NCBI GenBank assembly: GCA_043228905.1
Contig: JBHGNT010000010.1
Location: forward strand, 17,298,001-17,362,000
Origin: Azolla caroliniana
Lineage: Eukaryota; Plantae; Polypodiophyta
Length of the DNA stretch: 64,000 nucleotides
Direction of reading: 5' to 3'
Shown here: piece by piece, positions 14,701 through 26,463 of the stretch
Layout: every line of letters starts with the position of its first letter
Position numbering within the stretch: the stretch's first letter is position 1
Program-made: the position numbers and the translations under genes
The notes under the pieces: generated by a model
What the model was told of the DNA's origin: nothing
The model's input: only the letters and a program-made list of their open reading frames with translations
Databases searched by the model: none

Positions 14701-17700
14701 TAGTAGATAGTGGTGCCACTTCACACATGACCTATGACAAATCCATTTTGCATGATGTGAAGCCTAGCTCTTCCCAAATCTCTATAGGAGATGCCTCAAG
14801 CATTGAGGCTTCATGTGTGGGTAATGTGGTTCTTGACAATTCTTCAAGTGAAGAACCTGTCGTTCTTCAAGATGTGCTACATGTGCCTCGCATCTCTACC
14901 AACCTACTTTCGGTTTACAAAATCACCATGCAAGGTTATGGAGTCTACTTTGATAGCTCAGTTTTGGAAGTGATTGACACCAACAGCCTACAAATTGTAG
15001 CTAGTGGCACACAAGAAGGGGGTTTATATCGCCTAAAAAGCTCCCATAGCCCCTTGGAAAACTCCAAATCTCATCTTCTTCATCTTCTTCAAGGCTCTCA
15101 TGCCTTGGTGGCACAAGAAGATCCCACGTTGTGGCATGCTAGGTTTGGTCATCTCAACTATGATTCTCTTCAAAAGCTCTCCTCCTCCCAACTAGTTGAG
15201 GGTCTTCCTATTTTCAAATCTCCCAATACCCCATGTATTGCTTGTCTTCATGGCAAGCAACATCGAGAGCCTTTCCCTCATGAAGCCACTCACCGAGCAA
15301 CATCTATCTTGGAGTTAGTGCACATGGATCTTTGTGGTCCCATGAAAACCACTACTCTTGGTGGTGCACGCTACTTCATGCTTATAATTGATGACTTCTC
15401 CCGCAAGGTTTGGGTTTATTTTCTTGTAGAAAAATCCCAAGCCTTCGCAAAATTTCAAGAATGGGTAGCTCTCGTGGAGAACGAGACATCGAAGAAAGTT
15501 CGAAAGATCAGGTCAGACAATGGTGGAGAGTTTATCTCCAAAGCTTTCGACCATTTCTGCTCTCAACGAGGCATTGCTCGCCAATTTTCTACACCCAATA
15601 CTCCTCAACAAAATGGAGTCGTGGAAAGGAAGAACCGGACAGTCCAAGAGATGGCTCGTACGATGCTATCTCAATCTGATCTTCCTCTCTCGTTTTGGGG
15701 TGAAGCTGTCAACACAGCAGTCTACATCATCAACTGCTGCCCAACAAAAGCAGTTGCTAGAATGACGCCTGAAGAAGCATTTACAGGTGTAAAGCCCTCA
15801 GTATCTCATTTTAAAGTCTTTGGTTGTGATGCTTATGTTCACATTTCAGATCATAAAAGGACGAAATTTGAGTCCAAAACCAAGAAATGCAAATTTCTTG
15901 GTTACAGCACACAATCTAAAGCATACAGGTTATGGGATTTAGAGTCAAAGTCCCTAGTCATATCTAGGGATGTTCATTTTGTGGAGTCTCAGCCGGATGA
16001 CTCTAGGATTTTACCTGAGTTCATGGTTGAAATCCAAGCTCCTCCGGAATCTCCTATTTTAGACGAAGATGTCTCATCTTCAAGCCTCCCATCTCCTCCT
16101 ACTCAATCTCTAACTTCGCCAACAATTCAAACCTCTCCCTCAACCCCACTTGTTTCCACTCCCTCTACAAACCAGCTTCCACCACTTCCCAAGTGGCTTC
16201 AAGCCACCATTCGTGATTCTCATCTCTCCGATGCTGAACTTCATGAGTATACATCTGGTTCTCGAACACGTAAGTCACAACGGCCTCTTCACTCATGCAA
16301 CTTTGCCTTATTGTGCACTGTTGTGCAATCAAAAGAACCCACAACAGCAAAAGAGGCCCTTGTTCTTCCAAAGTGGAAAGCAGCAATGGAAGTTGAACTT
16401 GATTCCATTGAGCGGAATCATACATGGGAGCTGGTCCCACGGCCTCCACATCGACAAGTCATTGGATTGAAATGGATTTTCAAGACCAAATACCATGCTG
16501 ATGGTACTTTGGATAAGCACAAGGCACGTTTAGTGGCAAAAGGCTACTCACAAGTTGAAGGAGTGGATTATGAGGAAACTTTTGCTCCAACAGCAAGGTA
16601 CACATCTATTCGATGTGCGCTTGCACTTGCTGCTCACAACAAATGGGCCATTTTTCAAATGGATGTCAAGTCAGCCTTCCTTAATGGTGACTTGAAAGAG
16701 GAGGTTTATGTTGAACAGCCTCCAGGTTTCGAGATTTTAGAGCAGAAAAACATGGTCTACAAGTTACACAAAGCCTTGTATGGCTTAAAGCAAGCTCCCA
16801 AAGCTTGGCATGACAAAATTGATAGCTTCTTTCTTTCTCTTGGGTTTCAAAACTGTAATGCTGACAGCAATTTCTATGTTTTTTCCCAAGATAATTTGCT
16901 TTGCTTGATCATATTATATGTTGACGACCTTCTAATTACAGGGTCCCTTGCATCTAAAATCGAGGAGGTCCGCGCTGACCTCAAAACAACCTTTGAAATG
17001 ACTGATCTAGGACTTCTCCATTATTTCATAGGTATGGAGGTCTATCAATCACATGGTGGTATCTTTCTCAGCCAACATAGGTATCTCAGGCAGCTCCTTG
17101 AGACCTATAGCATGACAAATTGCAAGCCACTCTCCTGTCCAATGGATCCAAACTCAAAGCTATCTCGTGAAGACGATTCTCCCATATTTGAGGATATCAC
17201 GAAATATAGGAGATTAATCGGGTCCCTTCTTCACTTAACTTATACCAGGCCTGATTTGTCCTATAGCGTGAGTATTCTCAGCCAATTCTCAACTGCTCCA
17301 AGACAAAGTCATTGGCAAGCAGCTATTCGAGTTCTTCGGTATTTGGCCAACACACTCGACTATGGTCTATCTTTTAGAGGCGGCATTGAGCTTGTTGGCT
17401 ACTCAGATGCTGATTGGGCAGGTGATATTGATTCTAGAAGGTCCACATCTGGCTATTGTTTTATGTTAGGTTCAGGTTTGATTTCTTGGAAATCGAAGAA
17501 GCAAAACTCAGTTTCTACTTCATCGACGGAAGCTGAATATCGCGCCTACTTGGATACTTGCTGTGAGTTGCTATGGTTGATGCAATTGTTTTCTCACATT
17601 GGTGTTTTGCAAACCTCTCCTATTGCAGTTTTCACCGACAGCCAAAGTGCACGTGCCTTGGCACATAGCTCAGCATTTCATGGTAGAACAAAACACATCG

Positions 17701-18826
17701 AAGTGCACTACCATTTTGTTCGTGACTTAGTGAAATCACAAGTCATCAACTTGGCATATTGCCCTACTCAAGAAAATGTGGCTGATTTATTTACTAAGCC
17801 ACTTCCAAGGCAAGCCATTGATCAGCTCCTTGATCGACTCAATGTTGGACTGCCGTTCTGGAGCTGAGAGGAGGTGTTGGAGGGTGGCAGCTCCAGCCCT
17901 GCACTCTCTTTCATATTTATTATCTTTGTACTACATTCTCTCTTTTCTCAGATTCTTCTCTCTCTAGAATCTGCAACTCTTTAAATGCCTTCTCTCTCTA
18001 GAATCTGCAATGCTTTAAATGCCTTTTCTCTCTTCTACCTTTTCCAAGATATTCCTAGTTTTTTGTACCTGTTTGGTAGTACAAGAGTCACTTAACTACC
18101 AAACAGCCATTTCACCCACATTCCCCAATTTTGTATAAATAGGCTATACCAGCCTCTTTTGTATAAGTTTTCATTTTCTTTTTTGCTACTTAAAACAAGC
18201 TCTATTCCTTGGCTGTGTCTCTACTCTTTGCAACCATTTTTTCTACTGCTGTCTAACAGCCTTCTCACAGCTTGGCTGTGCCTATTTTGTTTTAAGTCTT
18301 CCGCTGCTGCTATTAACAGCTTTTCTCACAGGGACTAGCTCATCTTTTACTATATTATCTTCTTGGAATTGCAATGGATACCCATGGAATGCAAGAATTG
18401 GCATAGAGTTGATCAATCAAATGGATATTATACTTCTTGCACAAACTTGGGAGCATGATAATCAAAGAATTCAAGTTTTAGAAACCTATAATATACACTC
18501 TTTGATCAGGATGAAAAGTCCAAGACATTGAAGAGGACAAGGAGGGATGACACGTTTGACTATGATGGAATTGGAGAAATATGTGTCGATCATAAGAAAT
18601 AAACATGAATGCAAAAAATAGAAAATTTGGCTAACATGCCTACTTTTTGTAGTTGCATGCTACATTCCTCCCCAAGATTATAAATTTTAATCTTATTTGG
18701 ATAGATATATAAAACCTTTGCTAAGGGGGAAGTTATTGTCTTTGGTGACATGAATGCTCATATAAGAAGTTTGTATACTTGATGCACAACAATCTTTCAT
18801 GCCATAAATTTCGAGAATACAAGAGA

Positions 18827-18897
<71 letters not shown>

Positions 18898-19568
18898 AAA
18901 ATCATACAATTATATCACTAAATGAGTATTATCTTCCAATTGAGCAATGCAAAAGAAGCAATTGCATGTTGGCTAGTTCAAGTCACTTTAGAACTAATGC
19001 CAAAGGCAAACCCTCAATCAAAACTCTCCAAATGAAGGCATTCACTACAACTGATGATTTAGAATGGCAACTACTTTTTAACATTTGCCACGATCCATAA
19101 TCAGAGTTATGTGTTTTCCATTCTTGCTCAGCCTTTTAGAGGACCGGAGAGACTTAGCGGAGCAATGATACGAGAGATTAGAAGTTATTGTTAAAAAGAA
19201 TGTTCGACCCCGTAAACACCAATCAACCCATTGTTGCTCTTCTATTTGTAGAGGTAAAGAACCTTGCATCAATGTGAAGACCTCTCCCCCCCCCCACCCC
19301 CCCCTCCCCAATTGAAGATATTCCTTTTAAATATGTGAACATACCTTTTTTCCACGCTTGATAGCCACAATATTTCCATCATTTAGTGTACCTTTGTAGA
19401 TAACACCAAATCCACCTTCACCAATTTTATTAGATATAGAGAAATTTGATGTTGCCCTATTGAGCTCTGCCATTGTAAAAGTCTTGGCTCCCCCAGATAA
19501 AGCTTCCTTAGGGAGAAATTGTGAGTGAGATGAAGTAGAATGCACATTTGTGGATGGTTTGGTGCTAC
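5770..19568 (-). CDS. Receptor-like cytoplasmic Ser/Thr kinase, CRCK (calmodulin-binding RLCK, RLCK-IV)-like
   Basis: Exons 19568-19345 ([32 protein letters not shown]; first in-frame ATG 19473), 8300-8132, 7781-7692, 7089-6791 ([21 protein letters not shown]) and 5976-5770 (TAA). Junctions are GT-AG with consistent phases. There is no transmembrane segment. A probable leader exon ends at 20492. Confidence 0.9.
5988..6325. repeat. Degenerate ~50-bp minisatellite in the last coding intron of the kinase
   Basis: About 6 units sharing ACTTTGGATG..AA.TTAGG...TTTCCATACTATGGC.GATGAAATTG. Confidence 0.7.
8700..11800 (+). mobile_element. Degenerate non-LTR retrotransposon (LINE) ORF2 relic, APE endonuclease + RT; boundaries approximate
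   Basis: Broken frames give EDINA (GDxNA-like, ~9030), DYLIG, SWYDEKC (~9630), [41 protein letters not shown] (YADD-type motif) and KTKV, with many stops and frameshifts. Confidence 0.85.
13047..13502 (+). repeat. 5' LTR of the intact copia
   Basis: TGTTGG...CACA, TATAAATA at 13306, and an internal ~31-bp tandem TTCTCTCTCTAGAATCTGCAA..CTTTAAATGCC. Confidence 0.97.
13503..13514 (+). promoter_or_regulatory. Primer binding site complementary to initiator tRNA-Met
   Basis: TGGTATCAGAGC directly after the 5' LTR. Confidence 0.95.
13734..17867 (+). CDS. Copia gag-pol polyprotein (Gag, zinc knuckle, protease, integrase, RT, RNase H)
   Basis: [14 protein letters not shown]; [11 protein letters not shown]; WHARFGH..C..C; [27 protein letters not shown]; LYVDDLL; [19 protein letters not shown]. 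Copia domain order, uninterrupted. Confidence 0.98.
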   Translation: MASHATIVSSTIPQLPKESILDGNNYLDWELQIKTLLQYHRLWNVVNGSDKKPPVTSSSSTKSVAGSSNAEIEAWLDKDSRAHAFLMFNIKPSIARQFQDKDDETANELWTAIKRRYHRANHAQMIAIESQLANLKIHDTPNIMDQITEFVTLQKELVSLGSKSTEVEFVHRLMIKLPESFSAFCDTISLLPNTPDMNTFLGMLQDRATRKKSAQTSNETLLHATSKGKWKQNGNSYNKPNPRPPNNPAYKELTCHYCGYKGHIQPDCRKKKRDNAKNSSSTRNQPTPKSNSAHSAKETVFLGIEEHTSHLAGPTTSTIDEWLVDSGATSHMTYDKSILHDVKPSSSQISIGDASSIEASCVGNVVLDNSSSEEPVVLQDVLHVPRISTNLLSVYKITMQGYGVYFDSSVLEVIDTNSLQIVASGTQEGGLYRLKSSHSPLENSKSHLLHLLQGSHALVAQEDPTLWHARFGHLNYDSLQKLSSSQLVEGLPIFKSPNTPCIACLHGKQHREPFPHEATHRATSILELVHMDLCGPMKTTTLGGARYFMLIIDDFSRKVWVYFLVEKSQAFAKFQEWVALVENETSKKVRKIRSDNGGEFISKAFDHFCSQRGIARQFSTPNTPQQNGVVERKNRTVQEMARTMLSQSDLPLSFWGEAVNTAVYIINCCPTKAVARMTPEEAFTGVKPSVSHFKVFGCDAYVHISDHKRTKFESKTKKCKFLGYSTQSKAYRLWDLESKSLVISRDVHFVESQPDDSRILPEFMVEIQAPPESPILDEDVSSSSLPSPPTQSLTSPTIQTSPSTPLVSTPSTNQLPPLPKWLQATIRDSHLSDAELHEYTSGSRTRKSQRPLHSCNFALLCTVVQSKEPTTAKEALVLPKWKAAMEVELDSIERNHTWELVPRPPHRQVIGLKWIFKTKYHADGTLDKHKARLVAKGYSQVEGVDYEETFAPTARYTSIRCALALAAHNKWAIFQMDVKSAFLNGDLKEEVYVEQPPGFEILEQKNMVYKLHKALYGLKQAPKAWHDKIDSFFLSLGFQNCNADSNFYVFSQDNLLCLIILYVDDLLITGSLASKIEEVRADLKTTFEMTDLGLLHYFIGMEVYQSHGGIFLSQHRYLRQLLETYSMTNCKPLSCPMDPNSKLSREDDSPIFEDITKYRRLIGSLLHLTYTRPDLSYSVSILSQFSTAPRQSHWQAAIRVLRYLANTLDYGLSFRGGIELVGYSDADWAGDIDSRRSTSGYCFMLGSGLISWKSKKQNSVSTSSTEAEYRAYLDTCCELLWLMQLFSHIGVLQTSPIAVFTDSQSARALAHSSAFHGRTKHIEVHYHFVRDLVKSQVINLAYCPTQENVADLFTKPLPRQAIDQLLDRLNVGLPFWS
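17875..18330 (+). repeat. 3' LTR of the intact copia
   Basis: Identical to the 5' LTR except AAGTCTTCC versus AAGTCGTCC near the 3' end. Confidence 0.97.
18895..19140 (-). mobile_element. L1-type LINE 3' fragment (zf-RVT region)
   Basis: The minus strand encodes a degenerate CFFC..LEDNTH zf-RVT-like motif. It is homologous to 24945-25140 and abuts a (CT)n tract at ~18830-18894. Confidence 0.6.
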
Positions 19569-20434
19569 CTGAATTCTCAGAACAGAAAAATCTATCATTA
19601 GTTCAAAATTCATGAGAGAACATGTCATGATATATTTCTTTCAATATTGAGAAATGTTTCAATTTATAATGTGACCTTAACTCACATTCATTATTATTTT
19701 GCTGATCAGCTCCTGTCTTCACAAAATACCATGGGAAAAGACACGAAATCACGTCGACAAATGATGACATAATGAAGCTTTATTTTGTCGAAGAATACGC
19801 ATTCATACTGTTGTGATATCTTTTTACCATCATGCTTCATAAAATAAACAAATATACTATAGCAACTGCTTTGATGTCATATCTTCTAGAAACAAGTGGA
19901 ATGTTAAACAAACAAAAAATGCTTTTTTACTACTAAATAGTACTGATTAGTGATTAGATCATGTAGTTTAATAATCAGTAAGTCATGAAGAAACCCGAGA
20001 TAATAGACATAATTAGCAAAGTACGAAAATCCCCTACATATACAACTCATTATATGAATTCCAAAAAAAACATTTGCATCATTATTTAGTTGAAATGAAT
20101 AGATTCACTAGTTTAGAGCTAATAACCAAAAAAAAACAAATCCATCTATATTCATTATATGGATTCAGAAAAGCATTTGACATATTTTTTAGTCCAAACG
20201 AATAGAATCATCAGTTCAAGATATCAAACAATATGATCCCACAAAACATCTAATAGTACTCATTCTATGGATTCAGAAAAGTAGCTGATATCATTTTTGG
20301 CGTTGAATCAGTTCGAAATTTCCTTATCGATCGAAAGTGAAACGCAAGAATTTATATCACAAACAGTGGATGGAGAATATTCTACTTATGACACATAAAA
20401 ATAACAACAACAACAACACCACTAATACAATTTA

Positions 20435-20469
<35 letters not shown>

Positions 20470-20670
20470 TGGAGTTTCTGTCGAGCAGTACCTGGTCTTG
20501 TAATGGCGTTTCAAGAGAAAGAGAATGACACCTCTTCGGGCGACATCAAAGCGTGCTTTCTTTTACAAACAGAATCAAAAAGAAAGAAAGAAAAGCAAAA
20601 GACAAAAGCAACACGGCCTGCTGCCTGCATTCAATGGAGGAGGAGGAGGAGCTGGAATGTATGACCAAGT

Positions 20671-21310
20671 CAAGGCTTTTGCATTCACACTGAAATGTCA
20701 TAAGAGGGTGGTCATGTCTCGTGAATCGCCTGTCCGATCACTCACCTCAACTGTGAGACCATCTGCCAGACCATCAGAACATGAACACCATGTCTCAGGC
20801 TTTGCTTTCACACTGAAACGTCATAAGAGGGCCATGCCTCGTGAATTGCCTGTCCCACCACTCGCTCAACCATGACGACATCCGCCAGACAATCAGAACA
20901 TGAACACTATGTCTCAGGCTTTGCTTTCACACCGAAATGTCATAAGAGGGTCATATCTCGTGAATCGCCTGCCCCCCAACACTCGCTCAACCTCAGCTGA
21001 GAACATTATCTACCAGACGATCGAAACATGAACAATATGTCTCAAGCTTTGCTTTCACACTGAAATGTCATAAGAGGGTCACATCTCGTGAATCACCTGC
21101 CCCCAACACTCGCTCAACCCTGAGAACATCTGTGAAAACTATCACGACATGAGCGAGTCGTCTGTAATATTGTCTGTTCGAGACACTTGCTCAACCCGTG
21201 AGATATATATCTGGGAAACTATCTTTGCGTGAGCAAGCAGTTTGTCCTTAGTATTCTTCCGTCATGACACTAACTCAACCATGAGAATATCCGCAAGATT
21301 GTCGTGGCAT
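20671..21310. repeat. Tandem array of ~120-128-bp units immediately upstream of the kinase leader exon
   Basis: GGCTTTGCTTTCACACTGAAA.GTCATAAGAGGG...CTCGTGAAT.GCCTG..CACTCGCTCAAC at ~20671, 20796, 20915 and 21043, then degenerate partial units. Confidence 0.9.
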
Positions 21311-22490
21311 GAGGCATTTTGTATATAATGTCCTTTTGTCATGGTGCCCACTCATTGGTGAGGACATTGGGTCGGGAGCAAGTCGTGGGTATTAATATTG
21401 CTTGTCCCCAACCCTCGTGATGGCAACCCATTGTCGATATATTATTGTTTGGTTCCAACCATTTGAGTAATAACGGTTGGCTGTTTTTATGGAAAAAAAT
21501 AAAAATGATAAAATAAAGGTGGGTCGTTGATTTATTTTATTGTTTAAAACTTTGACCATTTCGTTGTTATATTTGTGTGTTCTGAGTAACATGTATTAGT
21601 ATCATAAGTTTCATTTTGCTAGAACTTTCTAGAGTCTAAGTCCAAGCTACAATTCGTTTGTTATGACAATTAATAGATATGATACCCTACGAAATTGAAA
21701 CATCATCAAAGACCAAAATCTTGATTTCCAACAAAATAAAGTAAGAAAAGGTAAAGTTGGGTAAAAGTGCACTTGTTTGGATTGGGGTATCTACCATAAT
21801 CGAATGATCAAAACTTCACGCTTGATGGGAGTAAACTCGGGGAAAAGGAACTCATCAAGTTTAGAATCTCAACGGTCAATCGCAACAATTTTTTATATCC
21901 AAACAAATTGGCACCAAAATGTGGACATGTTGTGCTTTGGAAAATGAGCCTAGCTAAAAGCCTAACCATTGGTTATGATAGGAGCATTTGATAAATTGAT
22001 TACACACTTACATTGCTACATTTTTCACAATGTTCGTATAGACGATTTATGTCTACCCTTGCAAATCTAAACGAAACATAGACCATCCATTTATCTATGA
22101 GTAGTTAAGGTTAGTAATGGCCTACGTAGCCTATAAGTACAAAATCAATGAAATTCAAAAGTTAATGTGCATTAGATGTTTCTATTGATATATCAAGTTA
22201 AACTAACAAATGTGTGTGCGATCCCTACAAATATTGGGTGCACATGTGTATGATCATAGAAGTAGTGTGTGCATTAAAGAATACCGAGATACTCTCTTGT
22301 AATTCCTTTGTCAATAGTTAATGTAAAAGGTATTTGATATCCTACATAAAGGCTAAAACCGTGATGAAACTGAGTGAATAGTTACAAACTAGTGATAAGG
22401 TAATGTTGCATAATTCAACCTTCTCCTATGTTGTAGAGTATTGGTTCATTATGTATTCTTATTTGTAATATATATAGTTGTCTTTGGTGT

Positions 22491-22534
<44 letters not shown>

Positions 22535-22535
<1 letters not shown>

Positions 22536-25400
22536 AAAAGCACACAATTATATTAATTGTATGTAAAATCCACTTAGTTACAACACTTCTTAGTCTCCAC
22601 TACCTATCATATGCCTATGTAGGGAGAGGGACGTTCTGTAATGCTATTAAAAAACCTGAATATGTATTTGAGGAAATGATCCCCACATGCTCTAACATCC
22701 AAAATTTCCACATGAGAATACCTTTAAGCTTCTTTATATAGGCTTTCACCCCATGTCTATTATCAAACATGAAAGCATTACGCATATTCCAATTGTGTTG
22801 TAGACCCCACTAGCGTAAAAATTAAAACAATATCTCCATCTCATCATTTGATCCATTTTGAACATATTGAGAAAAAACCCATTGTTGAGGTCTCAAACAA
22901 CAATGGGTTAAAACTTGCCAAATGTCCGATAAGTATTTCCAAATGGTATACGCTATAGGACATTTAATGAACTCTCTCTCTCTCTCTTTGAAGAACAAAT
23001 AAGGACACGTGAGTCATGACCTATGAGACTAATCCACATCTTCTACGACTATGATACCCATGGATGCAAGATTTGGCACAGAGGAGTTCATTGATGACTC
23101 GGATATCACACTTCTTGCATAAACATGGGAGCATGATACTGAAAGGATTCAAGGTTTAGGCTTTTGGAATTGCAATGGATACCCATGGATGCGGGATTTG
23201 GCACAGAGGAGTTCACCGATGACTCAAATATCATAGTTTTTGCGTAAACACGAGAGCATGATACTCAAAGGATTCAAGGTTTAGGAGTTTTATAATGTAC
23301 ACTATTTTATATGGGCAAAAAATCCAAGACAATAAGGGGTGGCATGTTTGATTAAGAATGAAATTGAGAAATATGTGTTGATCATAAAAAATGATGAATG
23401 CAAATGCTACATATGGCTCAAAATAGAAACCCCCAATGATTTGCCCGCTTTTATAGTTGGATGTTACATTCCTCATCAAGATTCTAACTTTTATGCTTGT
23501 TTGGATAAAGACCAACCTTTTGTCAATCTAGAAGGCGATATTGTTTATTTAAAATCCAAAGGGGAAGTTATTTTTGTTGGTGACATGAATGCTCGTGCAA
23601 GAAGTTTCCAACTTGATGCATAACAATATTTCATGCCACATATCTCAAAGATGCAAGAGGATATACAAATGTATAGCCACTCTTCTAACGATGAAAAAGA
23701 ACATGACCAATTTGGGAAGTTACTCCTACAAGTGTGCAATAGTATCATATTGCTTATTGCAAACGGTGGATCCTTATGTTCTAACACTAATGGTTTTACA
23801 TGTAGTAAAGACAATGGATATAGTGTAATTGATTATGTGCTACTTTCCGAAGGTATTTTGGATAGTATACATGAATTCTCACTTGGTGAATGGACATCGG
23901 AATCCGATCATAGGATTGTATCTATTGACCTCAAATGTATCCATAGGTTTGATTGTGAGAAGGTCATTGAAGAGAATAAACAATCACACTTGAGCATGAA
24001 CATTAAGCGAGCGCCCATGTATTTCAAAATTGTTGAGGATATGTTACAAGTGACAAATGTATAACATGGTGTCACACTAGAATGCAAATGAGAAGTTTTT
24101 AAGAAAGTCATTATCTCATACACAAACAAATGTTTTTCGACCAAGCGCGCGTCTTGAAAATGCACCAAGAAATGTAGTTCAAAGAAAAAATGGTTTGATA
24201 AAAAATGCTATGAAGCTCGAAAGTGCTTTATGATTTTGGATGTTGTTGAGGATAAAGAAAATTACCAAAAACATTTGCATTAGTACAAAAGGCTTATTCA
24301 AAGAAAGAGAAGAATATGGGAAGTTACTGAACAATTTCTCCAAACACAAGAGAAAGCACATGCATGTTCTAAATTTTGGGGAAATCTAAAGGTGAAATGT
24401 GTAGAGAGTTATGGTGACCTCTTATTGACTTGTCTATGCATTATAAGAATTTATATGAGCTATCTTTTCCCAGAAAGATGATGTGTTATGGTTCTCTTTC
24501 ACATATGTCTCCCTTCTTTACAATTGAAGATATATATGCATAGGACTTAAGCAATTAGCCTCTCGAAAGGCAAACGATCTTCAATGTATAAAGGCGGAAA
24601 TGCTCAAATGGACGGGAAAAGAAGCACATGCATGGATAAGTGATATGTTTAATCATGGATTACAACATGGTATACAATACAATTGGACTATAAATTAGAT
24701 CAAACCTTTACATAAAGGTGATGTAAATAATGTAAACAACTATCGAACCATCATGGGTGGCTTGCTATTGGCAAAACTATTTGGATGTATAATGGAACCA
24801 AAGATAAGTGCATGGGCTGGAAAAAATGGTAAAAGAGATTATGGACAAGATGGCTTTCGAAAACACCATAGCACCATTGATCACCATCTCACCATTCAAG
24901 TATTAATGGAGGAAACTCGCCTTGGAGGAAATGATGAGTAGTAGAGTAATATCTTTCATTTGAATAGTGCAAAACAAGCAATTGCTTGTTGTTAGTCCAC
25001 ATCACTTTAGAGCTAACCCCAAAGGCAAACTCCCAATCAAAACTCTCCAAACCAAGACCTTGTTTAGAATGCCAACTACATTTTAAAATTTGTCTCGATC
25101 CATGATCAAAGTTATGTATTTTCCATTCTTCTTTAGCCTTAGATGCTAGCCATTCAGTAAATACATTTCTCTTAAAGTATGTGCATCAAAGTCCATGCCC
25201 ACAATGAATTGTGAGCTTTGAAACTTGATTGTTAGTCTAGCCAAAAGTTTAACCTCATCTACTATGAAAGCACCCATCGAATTTTTGTGTTTCCACCCAA
25301 AAGTCATGCACCATATTTTGGGAAAGAAATGAGCTCTCCAACAATCATAATGTTTGTGGATATTTGATCTCACTTGCATAGAGGTAGATATATAAGTTAG
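22535..25400 (-). mobile_element. L1-type LINE 3' relic interrupted by an oppositely oriented LINE
   Basis: Minus strand 24945-25140 reads VWRVLIGSLPLG..CLFC (zf-RVT). 22560-22970 reads HNWNMRNAFMF (the L1 C-terminal W..RN..F motif). Confidence 0.6.
22990..24935 (+). mobile_element. LINE ORF2 5' relic (APE endonuclease + N-terminal RT), same family as the intronic relics
   Basis: [69 protein letters not shown]. There is an internal ~125-bp tandem duplication at 23050-23290. Confidence 0.88.
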
Positions 25401-26463
25401 CCTCTTACTCTAGAAATTTCAACCAAGGGTAATTTTTTTGTTTTTGTCATGAGGTTTTATCTCCTTCAATTAGTCAGCTTGACTACATTGCCATATACCT
25501 ATTCTAAGATATGCTTTTGTTAAGCCCTTCAAGTTATGATCAAATGAACCATAGATTTGACATCATAGTCTTATTAATTGATTGTCTTAACAACACTTAG
25601 AATCTAGAAAAGTGGTATGTTTGCATTTCAAACATTTTATCATGTTACATTGCATCTCATTCTTACCAATGTACATCTAATATTATTGAACATAGTTCAT
25701 GACCAATCAATGTTATCTCGTGGTTTGGGCATGGTATTTAGTGACTATCTAGGTTTTTGTCTTATATAGCATTGTGATTTTGACTGGGATTGAACTTACT
25801 CTTTACTATGCACCCCCAATAACTACTATCTATACAAGCCATAGTTTTTGTTGGTAAATATGGGTTACTTTATAGTTTATCGAGCTTTTGCTCTATATTA
25901 GCCTTGATCACTTGAATTTTTTGAATGACTTTATCAATATCATGGACCAACCAACATTTTAAAGGCTCTGTTGTCAATCAATGTCTTTTATCAATAAGCA
26001 TTTATTAAAGGGAAAATACATTCAAAGGGAACATGTGTGTGGAGATAGACCAATACATAATCACAGTTACCTTACATGAAACAATTAATTGACATTTGAA
26101 TCATATGAAAAATAGCTTTCCAATTTACTTGATCACTTGAAAAATAGTTTTCCAATCTATTTAAGTTTGATTGGACCTCATAGTGTGTAAGCATAACCAT
26201 GTACAAGAGAGGGATACTAGAGTACCCATACCTTTATTCAAGTGCTCAACTCGTTCGATGATGTAAACTACACCAAAATTATTGACAATAACCATCGAAT
26301 AACGAAAAACTTGTAAGAACCACATTACATATACAAGATTCAGCATTGCTTGATCTTCAAAAGATAAGACATTGGTCTTGAATAAGCATTTCCATAATAT
26401 TCAATACACCGTTCTCTTCCCAATCATCGTAATTGCCATCATCTTTGTTGTCTAACAACGTCA

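Larger units (their letters stand above)
13047..18330 (+). mobile_element. Intact full-length Ty1/copia LTR retrotransposon (5284 bp)
   Basis: TG..CA LTRs at 13047-13502 and 17875-18330 (456 bp each, one mismatch seen), 5-bp TSD GGGAC (13042-13046 / 18331-18335), PBS TGGTATCAGAGC (13503-13514), PPT GAGAGGAGG (17866-17874) and a single 1377-aa ORF. Confidence 0.98.
12100..18828 (+). mobile_element. LINE relic (ORF1-like region and start of the endonuclease) split by the copia insertion
   Basis: Sequence left of 13047 (GACAAATAGGGACACATGAA) and right of 18330 ([19 protein letters not shown]) aligns collinearly with the LINE copy at 22990-23660. The left boundary is approximate. Confidence 0.7.

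Noticed and set aside
14185-16520. Overlapping and antisense ORFs within the copia (and in 29565-32583)
   Set aside because: They are shadow frames of gag-pol with no independent motifs.
533-19568. MAP3K and RLCK as a functional signalling cluster
   Set aside because: Known RLCK-MAPKKK5 links involve other RLCK subfamilies (RLCK-VII, BSK1). Convergent adjacency alone is not evidence.
20671-21150. Regularly spaced repeats resembling a CRISPR array
   Set aside because: Whole units are homologous, with no unique spacers and no cas genes, in a plant nuclear context.
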